Position numbers and translations under genes: made by a program. The notes beneath the pieces were generated by a model. That model was not told the origin of the DNA and did no database searches. It saw only the letters and a program-made list of their open reading frames with translations. 64,000 nucleotides of DNA from Spirochaetia bacterium (lineage in GTDB: Bacteria; Spirochaetota; Spirochaetia; SZUA-6; Bin103): NCBI GenBank assembly GCA_965199955.1, contig CBDATQ010000002.1, forward strand, positions 32,001 to 96,000, read 5' to 3'. Positions 10,071 through 18,815 of the stretch are shown piece after piece. Positions within the stretch are counted from its first letter, which is position 1, and each line of letters opens with the position of its first letter.

Positions 10071-11639
10071 TCAGGCCGCGGCGCCGACCCCGGCCATCAG
10101 CGGACCGATCGTCTGCTCGGTCGCGGCCGCGCCGGCCACTTCGCCGGCGATGGTGCCGTCGAACATCACCAGCACCCGGTCGCTGAGCGCGATGATCTCG
10201 TCCAGCTCGACCGAGACCAGCAGGATCGCCATGCCGCGGTCACGCAGGAGAATCAGACGCCGGTGGATGAACTCGATCGCGCCGATGTCGAGCCCGCGGG
10301 TGGGCTGGCCGATGAGCAGCACGTCGGGATCGCGGTCCAGCTCGCGGGCGACGATGATCTTCTGCTGGTTGCCGCCGGAGAAGGCGTCGGAGCGCAGCAG
10401 CGGATCGGGTGGGCGCACGTCGAATTCGTCCATCTGCCGCCGGGATGAGGCAACGATGTCCCGCCGATGCATGAGGATGGCGCCGTTGTAGGCGCGGTCG
10501 TCGTGGTAGCCGAGGATCGAGGACTCGTTGGCCGCGAAGGTGGCGACCAGCCCCATGCGCTGCCGGTCTTCCGGGACGTGGCCCAGGCCAGCGTGGCGGC
10601 TGCGGCGCGCGTCGGCGGCGTTGGCGGCATCGCACACCAGCCGGCCGTCGACCGTCACCGTGCCGGCGTCCGGCCGCTCGATCCCGGACAGCAGCGCCAT
10701 CAGCTCAGACTGACCGTTGCCTGCGACGCCGGCGATGCCGACGATCTCGCCGCGGCGTACGCTCAGGCTCACGTCCCGCACGCGGCGCACACCGGCGGCG
10801 TCGGTGTAGTCCAGGTGGTCGGCCGCCAGCATCACCTCGCCAGGGGTGGCAGGGCTCTTCTCTACCCGCAACAGCACCGTGCGGCCCACCATCAGCTCGG
10901 CCAGGTGCTCCTGAGAGGTGTCCGCGGTATCGACGTGGGCCACCACCTGGCCGGCGCGCATCACGGTCACGCGGTCGGTGGCGGCCATGATCTCGCGCAG
11001 CTTGTGGGTGATCAGGATCATGGTCCGGCCCTGTTCCCTGAGGGCGGTCAGGATCCGGAACAGCTCGTCGGCCTCCTGCGGCGTCAGCACCCCGGTCGGT
11101 TCGTCCAGGATCAGGGTCTCGGCGCCGCGGTACAGCGCCTTGAGAATTTCCACCCGCTGCTGGATGCCGACCGGCAGGTCGCCAACCGGGACATCGACGT
11201 CCACCTCCAGCCCGTATTCCGTCGCCAGGTGGGTCAGCGCGTCGCGTGCGCGTCGCATGCCGTTCTGCAGCCGCGCCGCGCCCTCGGCGCCCAGCAGGAC
11301 GTTCTCCAGCACCGTCAGGGGCTCCACCAGCATGAAATGCTGGTGGACCATGCCGATGCCGGCGGCTATCGCGTCGCGCGGGCTGGCGATGGCGACCGGC
11401 CGCCCGCCTACTTCAATGGCGCCGGAGTCGGCCCGGTAGAACCCGTAGAGAATGCTCATCAGGGTCGACTTGCCGGCGCCGTTCTCGCCGACGATGCCGT
11501 GGATGGACCCGGCCGCCACCTCCAGCGACACCTCACGGTTGGCCTGCACGGCGCCGAAGCGCTTGTTGATCCCCCGCAGTGCGATAGCCGGAGGTTTCTG
11601 TTGCGCCGGGCGTCGGTCGGATTGGCGCGTCAGCGCCAT
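10071..11639 (-). CDS. Nucleoside/simple-sugar ABC transporter ATP-binding protein (double ABC domain)
   Basis: Walker A GENGAGKST, LILDEPT, second-domain FSGGNQQK and QPTRGLDIGA. Confidence 0.95.
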   Translation of the reverse strand: MALTRQSDRRPAQQKPPAIALRGINKRFGAVQANREVSLEVAAGSIHGIVGENGAGKSTLMSILYGFYRADSGAIEVGGRPVAIASPRDAIAAGIGMVHQHFMLVEPLTVLENVLLGAEGAARLQNGMRRARDALTHLATEYGLEVDVDVPVGDLPVGIQQRVEILKALYRGAETLILDEPTGVLTPQEADELFRILTALREQGRTMILITHKLREIMAATDRVTVMRAGQVVAHVDTADTSQEHLAELMVGRTVLLRVEKSPATPGEVMLAADHLDYTDAAGVRRVRDVSLSVRRGEIVGIAGVAGNGQSELMALLSGIERPDAGTVTVDGRLVCDAANAADARRSRHAGLGHVPEDRQRMGLVATFAANESSILGYHDDRAYNGAILMHRRDIVASSRRQMDEFDVRPPDPLLRSDAFSGGNQQKIIVARELDRDPDVLLIGQPTRGLDIGAIEFIHRRLILLRDRGMAILLVSVELDEIIALSDRVLVMFDGTIAGEVAGAAATEQTIGPLMAGVGAAA

Positions 11640-11712
11640 ATCCGACCGACGCCCGGCGGGAAGGTGGGCATGGGCCAAGAGCGGAGCCGCAGGCGACGGT
11701 CTTGGGGCGGCT

Positions 11713-12699
11713 CTACGGGCAGGAGTTGGTCGCCATGTAGTCGTGGATCTCCATCTCGCCGGCGACGATGGCGTCGCGCGCGGCCTCCACCCGCTCGGAC
11801 ATCTCGTCGCTGATCAGGGCCTGGTTGTGCTCGTCGAGCGCCCAGCCGACGCCGTCCTCTGCCAGCCCCAGGTTCCTGTAGCCGGGCTCCCAGGTGCCCT
11901 CCAGGGCGGTCTTGAACACGTCGTAGGCCGCGACGTCGACCCGCTTGAGCATCGAGGTCAGCACCGACCCCGGGTGCAGGTAGTTCTGGTTGGAGTCCAC
12001 GCCGATCGACAGCTTGCCGCCGTCCGCTGCGGCCTGCAGCACGCCCAGCCCGGTGGCGCCGGCCGCCGCGAACACCACGTCCGCGCCGCGGTCGAACTGC
12101 GACTTGGCAAGCTCCGCGCCCTTCACCGGATCGCTCCATGCCGCCGGCGTGGTGCCGGCCATGTTCTGGTAGACCTCGGCGTCCGGATTGACGTACCGGA
12201 CTCCGTGCACGTAGCCGCAGCCGAACCGGCGGATCAGCGGGATGTCCATGCCGCCCACGAAGCCGACCGTGCCGGTCTCGGACGCCATGGCGGCGATCAT
12301 GCCCACCAGGAACGAGCCTTCGTGCTCCTTGAACTCAATGGACTGCACGTTTGGCAGATCCACGACCATGTCGATGATGGCGAAGCTGGTGTCCGGGAAT
12401 TCGGCAGCCACCGCCTCCACGGCCGGCGCCTGGCTGAAGCCCACGGCGATGATTGGACTGTATTCGCGGCGGGCGAAGTTCCGGAACGCCTGCTCCCGCT
12501 GCGCCTCGTTGGTGATCTGGAACTCGGCGTAGGCGACGCCGGTCTCCTCCTTGAACCGCTCGGCGCCGTTGTAGACGCCCTCGTTGAACGACTTGTCGAA
12601 CTTGCTGCCGACGTCGTAGACGACGGCCGGCTTGATGTCGGCCATGACGGCGCCGGCGCACAACAGGCCGATCGCTGCCGCACAGAACATTCGTCGCAC
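11713..12699 (-). CDS. BMP family ABC transporter substrate-binding protein (likely nucleoside/purine)
   Basis: KFDKSFNE, FKEHEGSFLVG, GFVGGMDIPLI, IGVDSNQN, TSMLKRVD; GGAGG RBS before GTG 12699; signal peptide. Confidence 0.93.
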   Translation of the reverse strand: MRRMFCAAAIGLLCAGAVMADIKPAVVYDVGSKFDKSFNEGVYNGAERFKEETGVAYAEFQITNEAQREQAFRNFARREYSPIIAVGFSQAPAVEAVAAEFPDTSFAIIDMVVDLPNVQSIEFKEHEGSFLVGMIAAMASETGTVGFVGGMDIPLIRRFGCGYVHGVRYVNPDAEVYQNMAGTTPAAWSDPVKGAELAKSQFDRGADVVFAAAGATGLGVLQAAADGGKLSIGVDSNQNYLHPGSVLTSMLKRVDVAAYDVFKTALEGTWEPGYRNLGLAEDGVGWALDEHNQALISDEMSERVEAARDAIVAGEMEIHDYMATNSCP

Positions 12700-12861
12700 G
12701 ATGATGCCTCCGTATCGGTGGATGCGCGGACGCCGGGCGCCGCGCAGGTGTCCGCGCATGCTCGGCAAAACGGCCGAGTCGTGCAAGCCCGTACCACGGG
12801 CGCAACTTGACCAGGGCCTTGACCAACCCCGGATGATACATGTTGTCGTGACGACGATCCC

Positions 12862-13140
12862 ATGCCAACATACAGGCTTAGAACACAGGTGCAGCTCACG
12901 GAGGAGCAGCTTCGCCGACTGAAACGGCTGGCGGTGGATCGTGACGTGTCGGTGGCCGAGTTGGTGCGGAACGGGGTGGACAGCATCCTGGACTCAGCGG
13001 AACAGACCTCACAGTCGGACCGGGAGCGTCGTGCGCTCTCGGCATTGGGACGATTCCGCTCGGGACGATCCGACGTCTCCCGAGAGCACGACCGCTATCT
13101 GGCTGAAGCGTACGCGCAGCGCGGTCAGCGTGAGCGATGA
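12862..13140 (+). CDS. Ribbon-helix-helix (CopG) protein, VapB-type antitoxin
   Basis: RTQVQLTEEQLRRLKRLA...SVAELVRNGVD RHH core; GRFRSGRSDVSREHDRYLAEAY tail typical of PIN-toxin antitoxins. Confidence 0.85.
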   Translation: MPTYRLRTQVQLTEEQLRRLKRLAVDRDVSVAELVRNGVDSILDSAEQTSQSDRERRALSALGRFRSGRSDVSREHDRYLAEAYAQRGQRER

Positions 13141-13229
13141 GCGTCTTCCTCGGGCGCCTGGCGGTTCCGGAGCGCATGCTCGATGCCTCCCGCGAGGGCC
13201 GCGTGCAGCGCATCCGCCGGCTCATGTAG
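13137..13229 (+). pseudogene. Possible remnant of the start of a VapC/PIN toxin
   Basis: ATGA-coupled to the antitoxin stop. Begins MSVFL like PIN N-termini (MSVFxDT), then loses similarity and stops after 30 codons. Confidence 0.5.
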
Positions 13230-13241
13230 CGTCCGGTTCGG

Positions 13242-14321
13242 CTACTCCGCCGGCACCTCGACCCGCCGGCCGGTGCGCGCCGACTCGTAGGCCGCATCGA
13301 CGATCAGTCCCACCCGCACCGCGGCCTCGCCCGGGATCGGCACGGGACCCTCGCCGCGCGTGGCGGCGATGAAGTCGCGCACGAGCCGCTCGCCGTACCT
13401 GCCCCCGTACGCGCGCGACTCGGCCGGCGTGAAGGTGAACGTGCGCTGCGGCGCGGCCGCGAACTCGGGCACGCCGCTCTCCAGGTGCAGCTCGGGCGGC
13501 CCGCGGTCGTTCCACCAGAGTCGCCCCTCGCGGCCGTTGACGCCGACGTGCTGGTCGTAGCCGGCGGGGTTGTAGAAGCCGCCGCCCGCGACGGCCAGCA
13601 CGTACGCGGCGTGCAGGGACGCCAGCGCGCCGGAGCGCAGGCGCATCGACAGGGTCGCGGTGTCCTCGACGTCGAAGCCGTCCTCGCCGCGCGTGGCGAC
13701 CTCCGCGGCCACCGATACGATCGGGTCGCAGGTGAGGAACGCCATGAGATCCAGGGAGTGGCAACCCAGCCAGGAGAGGATGCCGCCGCCGGCCTTGCCG
13801 CGGTCGAACAGCCAGTGATCGGGTCCGCGGAAGCGGACCTGCGTGGTGAGCATCCGGATCTCCAGCGAGAACAGCGCGCCCAACGCGCCGGCGTGCACCA
13901 GCCGGCGCGCCTCGGCGATCAGCGGGTTGTAGCGGTTGGTGTAGAAGACGGAGAGTTGCCGGTCCGCCCGCTCGGCGGCGGCCACCACGCGCCGCGCGTC
14001 GGCGGCGGTGCGGCCCAGCGGCTTCTCGGCCAGCAGGTGGTGGCCGGCCTCCAGGATGCCCGAGAACAGGTCCGGGTTGCGGTCGTTGCGCTCGGCCGCG
14101 ACCACGAAGGCCAGGTCGCGGCGGCCCAGGAGCTCCGTCAGGCTGCCGGCCTGCTCGACCGGCGTGTCGCGCACCTCGCCCCGCAGATCGTCCAGGGCCG
14201 AGGCGTCCTCGTCCCAGACCACGATGCGGGTGATCTCGGGCAGGCAGTCCAGGGTGCGGATGTGGCCCGCCGAGTGCGGATGGCGGAGCCCGATCAGGGC
14301 GGCGGTCAGTCTCTGTGTCAC
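13242..14321 (-). CDS. Gfo/Idh/MocA family oxidoreductase
   Basis: AALIGLRHPH, HLLAEKPLG, GGGILSWLGCHSLD, VEDTA, DAAYESARTG; GTG start overlaps the upstream TGA (GTGA). Confidence 0.9.
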   Translation of the reverse strand: MTQRLTAALIGLRHPHSAGHIRTLDCLPEITRIVVWDEDASALDDLRGEVRDTPVEQAGSLTELLGRRDLAFVVAAERNDRNPDLFSGILEAGHHLLAEKPLGRTAADARRVVAAAERADRQLSVFYTNRYNPLIAEARRLVHAGALGALFSLEIRMLTTQVRFRGPDHWLFDRGKAGGGILSWLGCHSLDLMAFLTCDPIVSVAAEVATRGEDGFDVEDTATLSMRLRSGALASLHAAYVLAVAGGGFYNPAGYDQHVGVNGREGRLWWNDRGPPELHLESGVPEFAAAPQRTFTFTPAESRAYGGRYGERLVRDFIAATRGEGPVPIPGEAAVRVGLIVDAAYESARTGRRVEVPAE

Positions 14322-15784
14322 GGTGCCTCCAGGCGGCGTTCGCCCATGATCGTGTCGGCCGGATAGGCGCGGTAGCTGTTGCGGATCGTCGGGCTGCGCA
14401 GGTCGGCCTGCCACACGACGGCGCCGCCGGCGTCCGCCTCGACGATCACGCGCTGCGGGTCGGAGTCGTTGGTCTCGAAGTTGATCAGGGTGGTGCCGGA
14501 CGGCAGCCGGTAGGCGCTCGACCGCGACAGGGAGTACAGGTCCGGCGTGTGCCGGTATTCCCACACCTTCACCGCAATCAGGTCGTAGGTGTTGAGCGCC
14601 AGCTCCAGGGCGCGGGAATACTGGCCTCCCTCCTCCTCCGGCCGGTCGCGGCCGTTGTCGAACAGCAGGATGTTGCCGTTCGGGAGCTCGGCGGCGGTGT
14701 GCTGGAAGTAGAACCGGTCGGTCGGGTCGGCGAACTCGTAGCTCGACTCGGGCCCCCCGAGCCGCCACTCGATGCTCTTGAAGTCCGGAGCGATGGAGAT
14801 GATCTCGTTGCGCATGGAGAGCGACAGGATCAGGTTGCCGCGCACGCCGAAGGCCAGCGAGTTGACGTTCAGCCAGTTCTTGAGGTCCCCGGACCAGCGG
14901 ACGCGATTGTCCATGGACAGGTGGTCTCGGGCGTCCCACAGCTCCTCGGTTCTGTGCGTGGCCTGGTCCCACAGGCGCAGCGAGTCGACCAGGACGCGGG
15001 TCTCCGCAGCGCCGCCCTGCGCGGTGTCGTCGATGGTGACGATCTCGTGGGCGATGTAGAGTACCTGCTCGTCCGGCAGGATCGCCAGGTCGTGGTGGGC
15101 CCACTTGTCGATGTCGTTGTTGACCAGCCGCGTCACCACCCGCCCGAGCGGGTCGATCTCCCGCAGGCAGCAGTTCACGAAGCGGCCGGTGGGCCCGCCT
15201 TCCCAGTAGACGAGGTTGTGGTTGGGCTTCTGGCGCACGACCCTGATCGGCGTCGGCGGGTCGGCCACGACCGGCCGGTTGCGGTGGTACCAGACGATCC
15301 GGCCGCGGCTGTCCAGGAACAGGAAGAAGCTGTCGGGGTTGTCCTGCAGGTCGAGCAGCACCAGCTCCGCGGTGGACTCGCCGGTCACGTCGATCTGCAG
15401 GCGGGCCAGGGCCGGCGGCAGCGCGCGCGTGCGGAACGTGCCCTCCACGGCTGGTGAGCCCGCGGTTCCGTCGCCGGCGACCGGCACGACCGCGTAGGTG
15501 TACTCGGTATCGGGGAGCAGGCGCATCACCGGCACGGTGAACGTGCCGGCGGGTTCGGCCGTCGTCGCCGAGCGCAGCGTGCCGTCCGGGCCCGCGTACT
15601 CGACGTACACGCGCCCCGGCGCGTCGAGCTCCACGGCGATCTCTGCTATAAGGCTGTTGTCGGGGTGCAGGGCCGCGCTCGCCGATACGACGCGCGGCGG
15701 GTTGGAGTCCTCGGCGGAGGCGAGCAGGGCGGCCAGGACGAACGCGGCCGCGACGGCAAAGCGCACGGAAGGAGGCGTACTCAT
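14318..15784 (-). CDS. Aryl-sulfate sulfotransferase (ASST)-like secreted protein 1
   Basis: Signal peptide; Ig-like N-domain (VMRLLPDTEYTY, FRTRALP); HHD, QHTAAELPNGNILLFDNG, YSRALE, VWEY, YRAY. Start is ATG 15784 or GTG 15766. Confidence 0.85.
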   Translation of the reverse strand: MSTPPSVRFAVAAAFVLAALLASAEDSNPPRVVSASAALHPDNSLIAEIAVELDAPGRVYVEYAGPDGTLRSATTAEPAGTFTVPVMRLLPDTEYTYAVVPVAGDGTAGSPAVEGTFRTRALPPALARLQIDVTGESTAELVLLDLQDNPDSFFLFLDSRGRIVWYHRNRPVVADPPTPIRVVRQKPNHNLVYWEGGPTGRFVNCCLREIDPLGRVVTRLVNNDIDKWAHHDLAILPDEQVLYIAHEIVTIDDTAQGGAAETRVLVDSLRLWDQATHRTEELWDARDHLSMDNRVRWSGDLKNWLNVNSLAFGVRGNLILSLSMRNEIISIAPDFKSIEWRLGGPESSYEFADPTDRFYFQHTAAELPNGNILLFDNGRDRPEEEGGQYSRALELALNTYDLIAVKVWEYRHTPDLYSLSRSSAYRLPSGTTLINFETNDSDPQRVIVEADAGGAVVWQADLRSPTIRNSYRAYPADTIMGERRLEAP

Positions 15785-16517
15785 GATCGAGAACCGGATC
15801 CTATGGCGTAAGGCGCGCGGCGAAAAGGCGCTGGGCGTATCGATGAACGAGCCCTCGGAGGAGGTGGTGGAGCTGGCCGGCCGCATGGGCCTGGACTTCG
15901 TCAACCTGGACGGACAGCACGCGCCGGTGACGCCGCAGCAGGTGGGCACGATCTGCCGCATCGCCGAAGGGTTCGGGATGACCACTGGCATGCGCATCCC
16001 GGACGGCGCGGAGTCGACCATCCTGTCCTACCTGGACCGCGGCGTGCAGCTCATCGTGGTCCCCAACCTGCAGACGCGGGCAGAGGCGGAGGCGCTGGTC
16101 AAGTACACGTTCTTCGCGCCGCTCGGACTGCGCAGCTCGACCAGCTACCCGATGGTGCTGCGCCAGGACGGCCCGGAGCGCATCTCGCTGTTCGAGGCCG
16201 CCAACCGCAACACGCTGCTGGTCCCGCAGCTCGAAAGCGTCACCTCGGTGGAGAACCTGGACGAGATCCTGCAGGTGGACGGCATCGACTTCTTCGCCGG
16301 CGGTCCCGAGGACATGGCGCAGTCGCTGGGCATCCCCGGCGGACACGCCGACCCGCGCGTGGCCGAGCAGTACGCACGGGCGGAGGCCAAGGTCAGGGCG
16401 GCCGGCAAGTTCATGCTCGGCGACCAAACCGAGTCGGTGCAGGTGCTCGGCGTCGTCAAGGGAGCGATCGAGGAGGCGCTCACCGGGCTGGGCCGATCCT
16501 CGACGCTACCATGGTAG
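15783..16517 (+). CDS. HpcH/HpaI aldolase family protein
   Basis: AGGAGG RBS; GLDFVNLDGQH, MRIP, LDRGVQLIVVP, FAPLGLRS, QLESVTSVENLDEILQVDGID, GPEDMAQSLG. Confidence 0.9.
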   Translation: MIENRILWRKARGEKALGVSMNEPSEEVVELAGRMGLDFVNLDGQHAPVTPQQVGTICRIAEGFGMTTGMRIPDGAESTILSYLDRGVQLIVVPNLQTRAEAEALVKYTFFAPLGLRSSTSYPMVLRQDGPERISLFEAANRNTLLVPQLESVTSVENLDEILQVDGIDFFAGGPEDMAQSLGIPGGHADPRVAEQYARAEAKVRAAGKFMLGDQTESVQVLGVVKGAIEEALTGLGRSSTLPW

Positions 16518-16543
16518 CCGGCTCATGGTAGAGTGCGCAGTCC

Positions 16544-17704
16544 ATGGTGACGGCCACGTCCGGAGGCGTATCGGCGCAACCGGGTGAGTCCGCTACCGCG
16601 CGGGACGCGACCCCGGACGGCCCGCCGTACGTCGAGTTCGCCTCGATCGACAAGAGTTACGACGGGCGCACGCTGGTCGTCAGGGACCTGAACCTCAGCG
16701 TTCGCGAAGGGGAGTTCCTGACCCTGCTCGGGCCGTCCGGCTCGGGCAAGACCACCTGCCTGATGATGCTGGCCGGCTTCGAGACGCCGTCGGCCGGCAC
16801 CATCCGCATCGCCGGCCGCTCCGTGCACGACCTGCCGCCCCGGCAGCGCAACATCGGCGTCGTCTTCCAGAACTACGCGCTGTTCCCGCACTTCACGGTG
16901 GGACAGAACCTGTCCTTCCCTCTGGAGGTGCGCCGGCTCGATCCCGCCCAGCGCCGCGAGCGGGTTCAGCGGGCGCTGCGGCTGGTGCGGCTGGAGGGGT
17001 TCGAGGACCGGCGGCCCGACCAGCTCTCCGGGGGCCAGCAGCAGCGCGTCGCCATCGGCCGCGCGCTGGTGTTCGAGCCCAGCCTGGTGCTGATGGACGA
17101 GCCGCTCGGCGCCCTGGACCGCAGCCTGCGCGAGGAGATGCAGTACGAGATCCGGCGCATCCACCGCAGCCTCGGCGTCACGGTGGTGTACGTCATGCAC
17201 GACCAGCAGGAGGCGATGGTGATGTCCGACCGCATCGCCGTGTTCAATCGCGGCCGCATCGAGCAGGTGGCGACGCCGGAGATCCTCTACGAGGAGCCGG
17301 AGCGGCCGTTCGTGGCGCGCTTCATCGGCGGCAACAACCTGTTGCGCGGGCAGGTGACCGCCGTGGACGGCGACTACTGCCGGGTCGCGGTGGGCGATCA
17401 GGCGATCGCCGCCTTCCGGGTCGCGGAGTGCGCGGCCGGCGACGGCGTGACGCTGGCCATCCGCCCCGAACGGGTCGCCCTGGCGACCGGGTCGCACGAG
17501 TACAGCAACCAGTTCGAGGCGCGGGTCGAAGCGATCACCTTCCTGGGCGACCACCTGATCGTGCACGTGCGGGCCGGGGGGCGCACCGACTTCGCGCTCA
17601 AGATCCCGAACATCGTCGGACATGGCGCGATGCTGGAGGGTGATACGATCACCATCGGATGGGCGGCAGCCGACTGCCGGGCCCTCGACGTCGACGACGA
17701 GTAG
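16544..17704 (+). CDS. Polyamine-type ABC transporter ATP-binding protein (PotA-like)
   Basis: GPSGSGKTT, LSGGQQQRVA, LMDEPLGALD, C-terminal TOBE-like region. Confidence 0.95.
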   Translation: MVTATSGGVSAQPGESATARDATPDGPPYVEFASIDKSYDGRTLVVRDLNLSVREGEFLTLLGPSGSGKTTCLMMLAGFETPSAGTIRIAGRSVHDLPPRQRNIGVVFQNYALFPHFTVGQNLSFPLEVRRLDPAQRRERVQRALRLVRLEGFEDRRPDQLSGGQQQRVAIGRALVFEPSLVLMDEPLGALDRSLREEMQYEIRRIHRSLGVTVVYVMHDQQEAMVMSDRIAVFNRGRIEQVATPEILYEEPERPFVARFIGGNNLLRGQVTAVDGDYCRVAVGDQAIAAFRVAECAAGDGVTLAIRPERVALATGSHEYSNQFEARVEAITFLGDHLIVHVRAGGRTDFALKIPNIVGHGAMLEGDTITIGWAAADCRALDVDDE

Positions 17705-17715
17705 GAGGAAGAAAC

Positions 17716-18798
17716 ATGAAGATGACCAGGCTTGCGGTGACGGTGACGCTGGCCGCACTGGTGGGGAGCCTGTCGGCCGCCGCCGAGGAGATGACCATGG
17801 TGTCCTGGGGCGGAGCGTACGGCCGGGCGACGCAGAAAGCGTTGCTCGATCCGTTCGGCGACGACACCGGCTACGCCATGCGCATGGAGGACTTCAACGG
17901 CGGCCTCGCCGAGATCCGCGCCCAGGTGGAGACCGGCAACGTGCACTGGGACGTCGTGGACCTGGAAGCCGCGGACGCGGTGCGCGGCTGCGACGAGGGG
18001 CTGCTGGAGGTGCTCGCGCCCGAGGATCTGTTCCCGGGACAGGATGCGGATGCCGCGGTGCAGGACTTCCTTCCCGGCATGATCTCCGAGTGCGGCGTCG
18101 GACTGATTGTGTACTCGACGATCTACGCCTACCGCACGGACCTGCTCACCGGCGAGAAGCCGTCCACCATGGCCGACTTCTTCGACCTGGAGAGGTTCCC
18201 CGGCCGCCGAGGCATGCGGCGCTCGCCGTACGGCACCATGGAGTTCGCGCTGGTGGCCGACGGCGTGCCCGCCGACCAGGTGTACGAGACGCTGAGCACG
18301 CCCGAGGGCGTGGACCGGGCGTTCCGGAAGCTGGACTCGATCAAGGAGCACGTGGTGTGGTGGGAGGCCGGCGCGCAGCCGCCGCAGATGGCCGACGGCG
18401 AGGTGGTGATGAGCACCGCCTACAACGGCCGCATCTTCGACGCCCAGGTGGCCGAGAAGCAGCCGTTCGGGATCGTCTGGGACGGCCAGGTGCTGGACCA
18501 TTCGCAGCTTGCCATCGTGGCCGGGGCGCCCAACCTGGAGACGGCATTGGAGTTCCTGGCGTTCACGGCCAGGCCGGAGTCGATGGCGGCGGTGAGCGGC
18601 TTCATCTCCTACAGCCCGACCCGGCACTCGGCGCTGCCGCTGGTCGGCAGCACCCACGTCGAGACCGGCGTGGAGATGGGGCCGCACATGCCGGTCACGC
18701 CTGCGCGCCTGGAGCGCTCGGTGTTCAACGACTGGGCGTGGTGGGCGGACTACGGCGACGAGATCAACGACCGCTTCGGAGCGTGGCTGGCACGCTGA
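17716..18798 (+). CDS. Polyamine-type ABC transporter substrate-binding protein (PotD/F-like)
   Basis: AGGAGG RBS; signal peptide; VSWGGAY, IRAQVETGNVHWDVVD, FPGRRGMR, YNGR. Confidence 0.92.
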   Translation: MKMTRLAVTVTLAALVGSLSAAAEEMTMVSWGGAYGRATQKALLDPFGDDTGYAMRMEDFNGGLAEIRAQVETGNVHWDVVDLEAADAVRGCDEGLLEVLAPEDLFPGQDADAAVQDFLPGMISECGVGLIVYSTIYAYRTDLLTGEKPSTMADFFDLERFPGRRGMRRSPYGTMEFALVADGVPADQVYETLSTPEGVDRAFRKLDSIKEHVVWWEAGAQPPQMADGEVVMSTAYNGRIFDAQVAEKQPFGIVWDGQVLDHSQLAIVAGAPNLETALEFLAFTARPESMAAVSGFISYSPTRHSALPLVGSTHVETGVEMGPHMPVTPARLERSVFNDWAWWADYGDEINDRFGAWLAR

Positions 18799-18815
18799 GC
18801 CGGCCCCGGCAGCGC

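Noticed and set aside
7762..10491. 909-aa + strand ORF
   Set aside because: Antisense shadow of the two nucleoside permeases; Arg/Gln/His-rich with no motifs, as expected at this GC.
14322..15104. N-terminal extension of the Gfo/Idh/MocA ORF (620 aa)
   Set aside because: Out-of-frame overlap with ASST1; the real start is GTG 14321 with a GGAGG RBS.
17622..18815. Long N-terminal extension of the PotB-like permease (795-aa ORF)
   Set aside because: Alternate frame of the SBP gene; permease-like sequence starts at ATG 18816.
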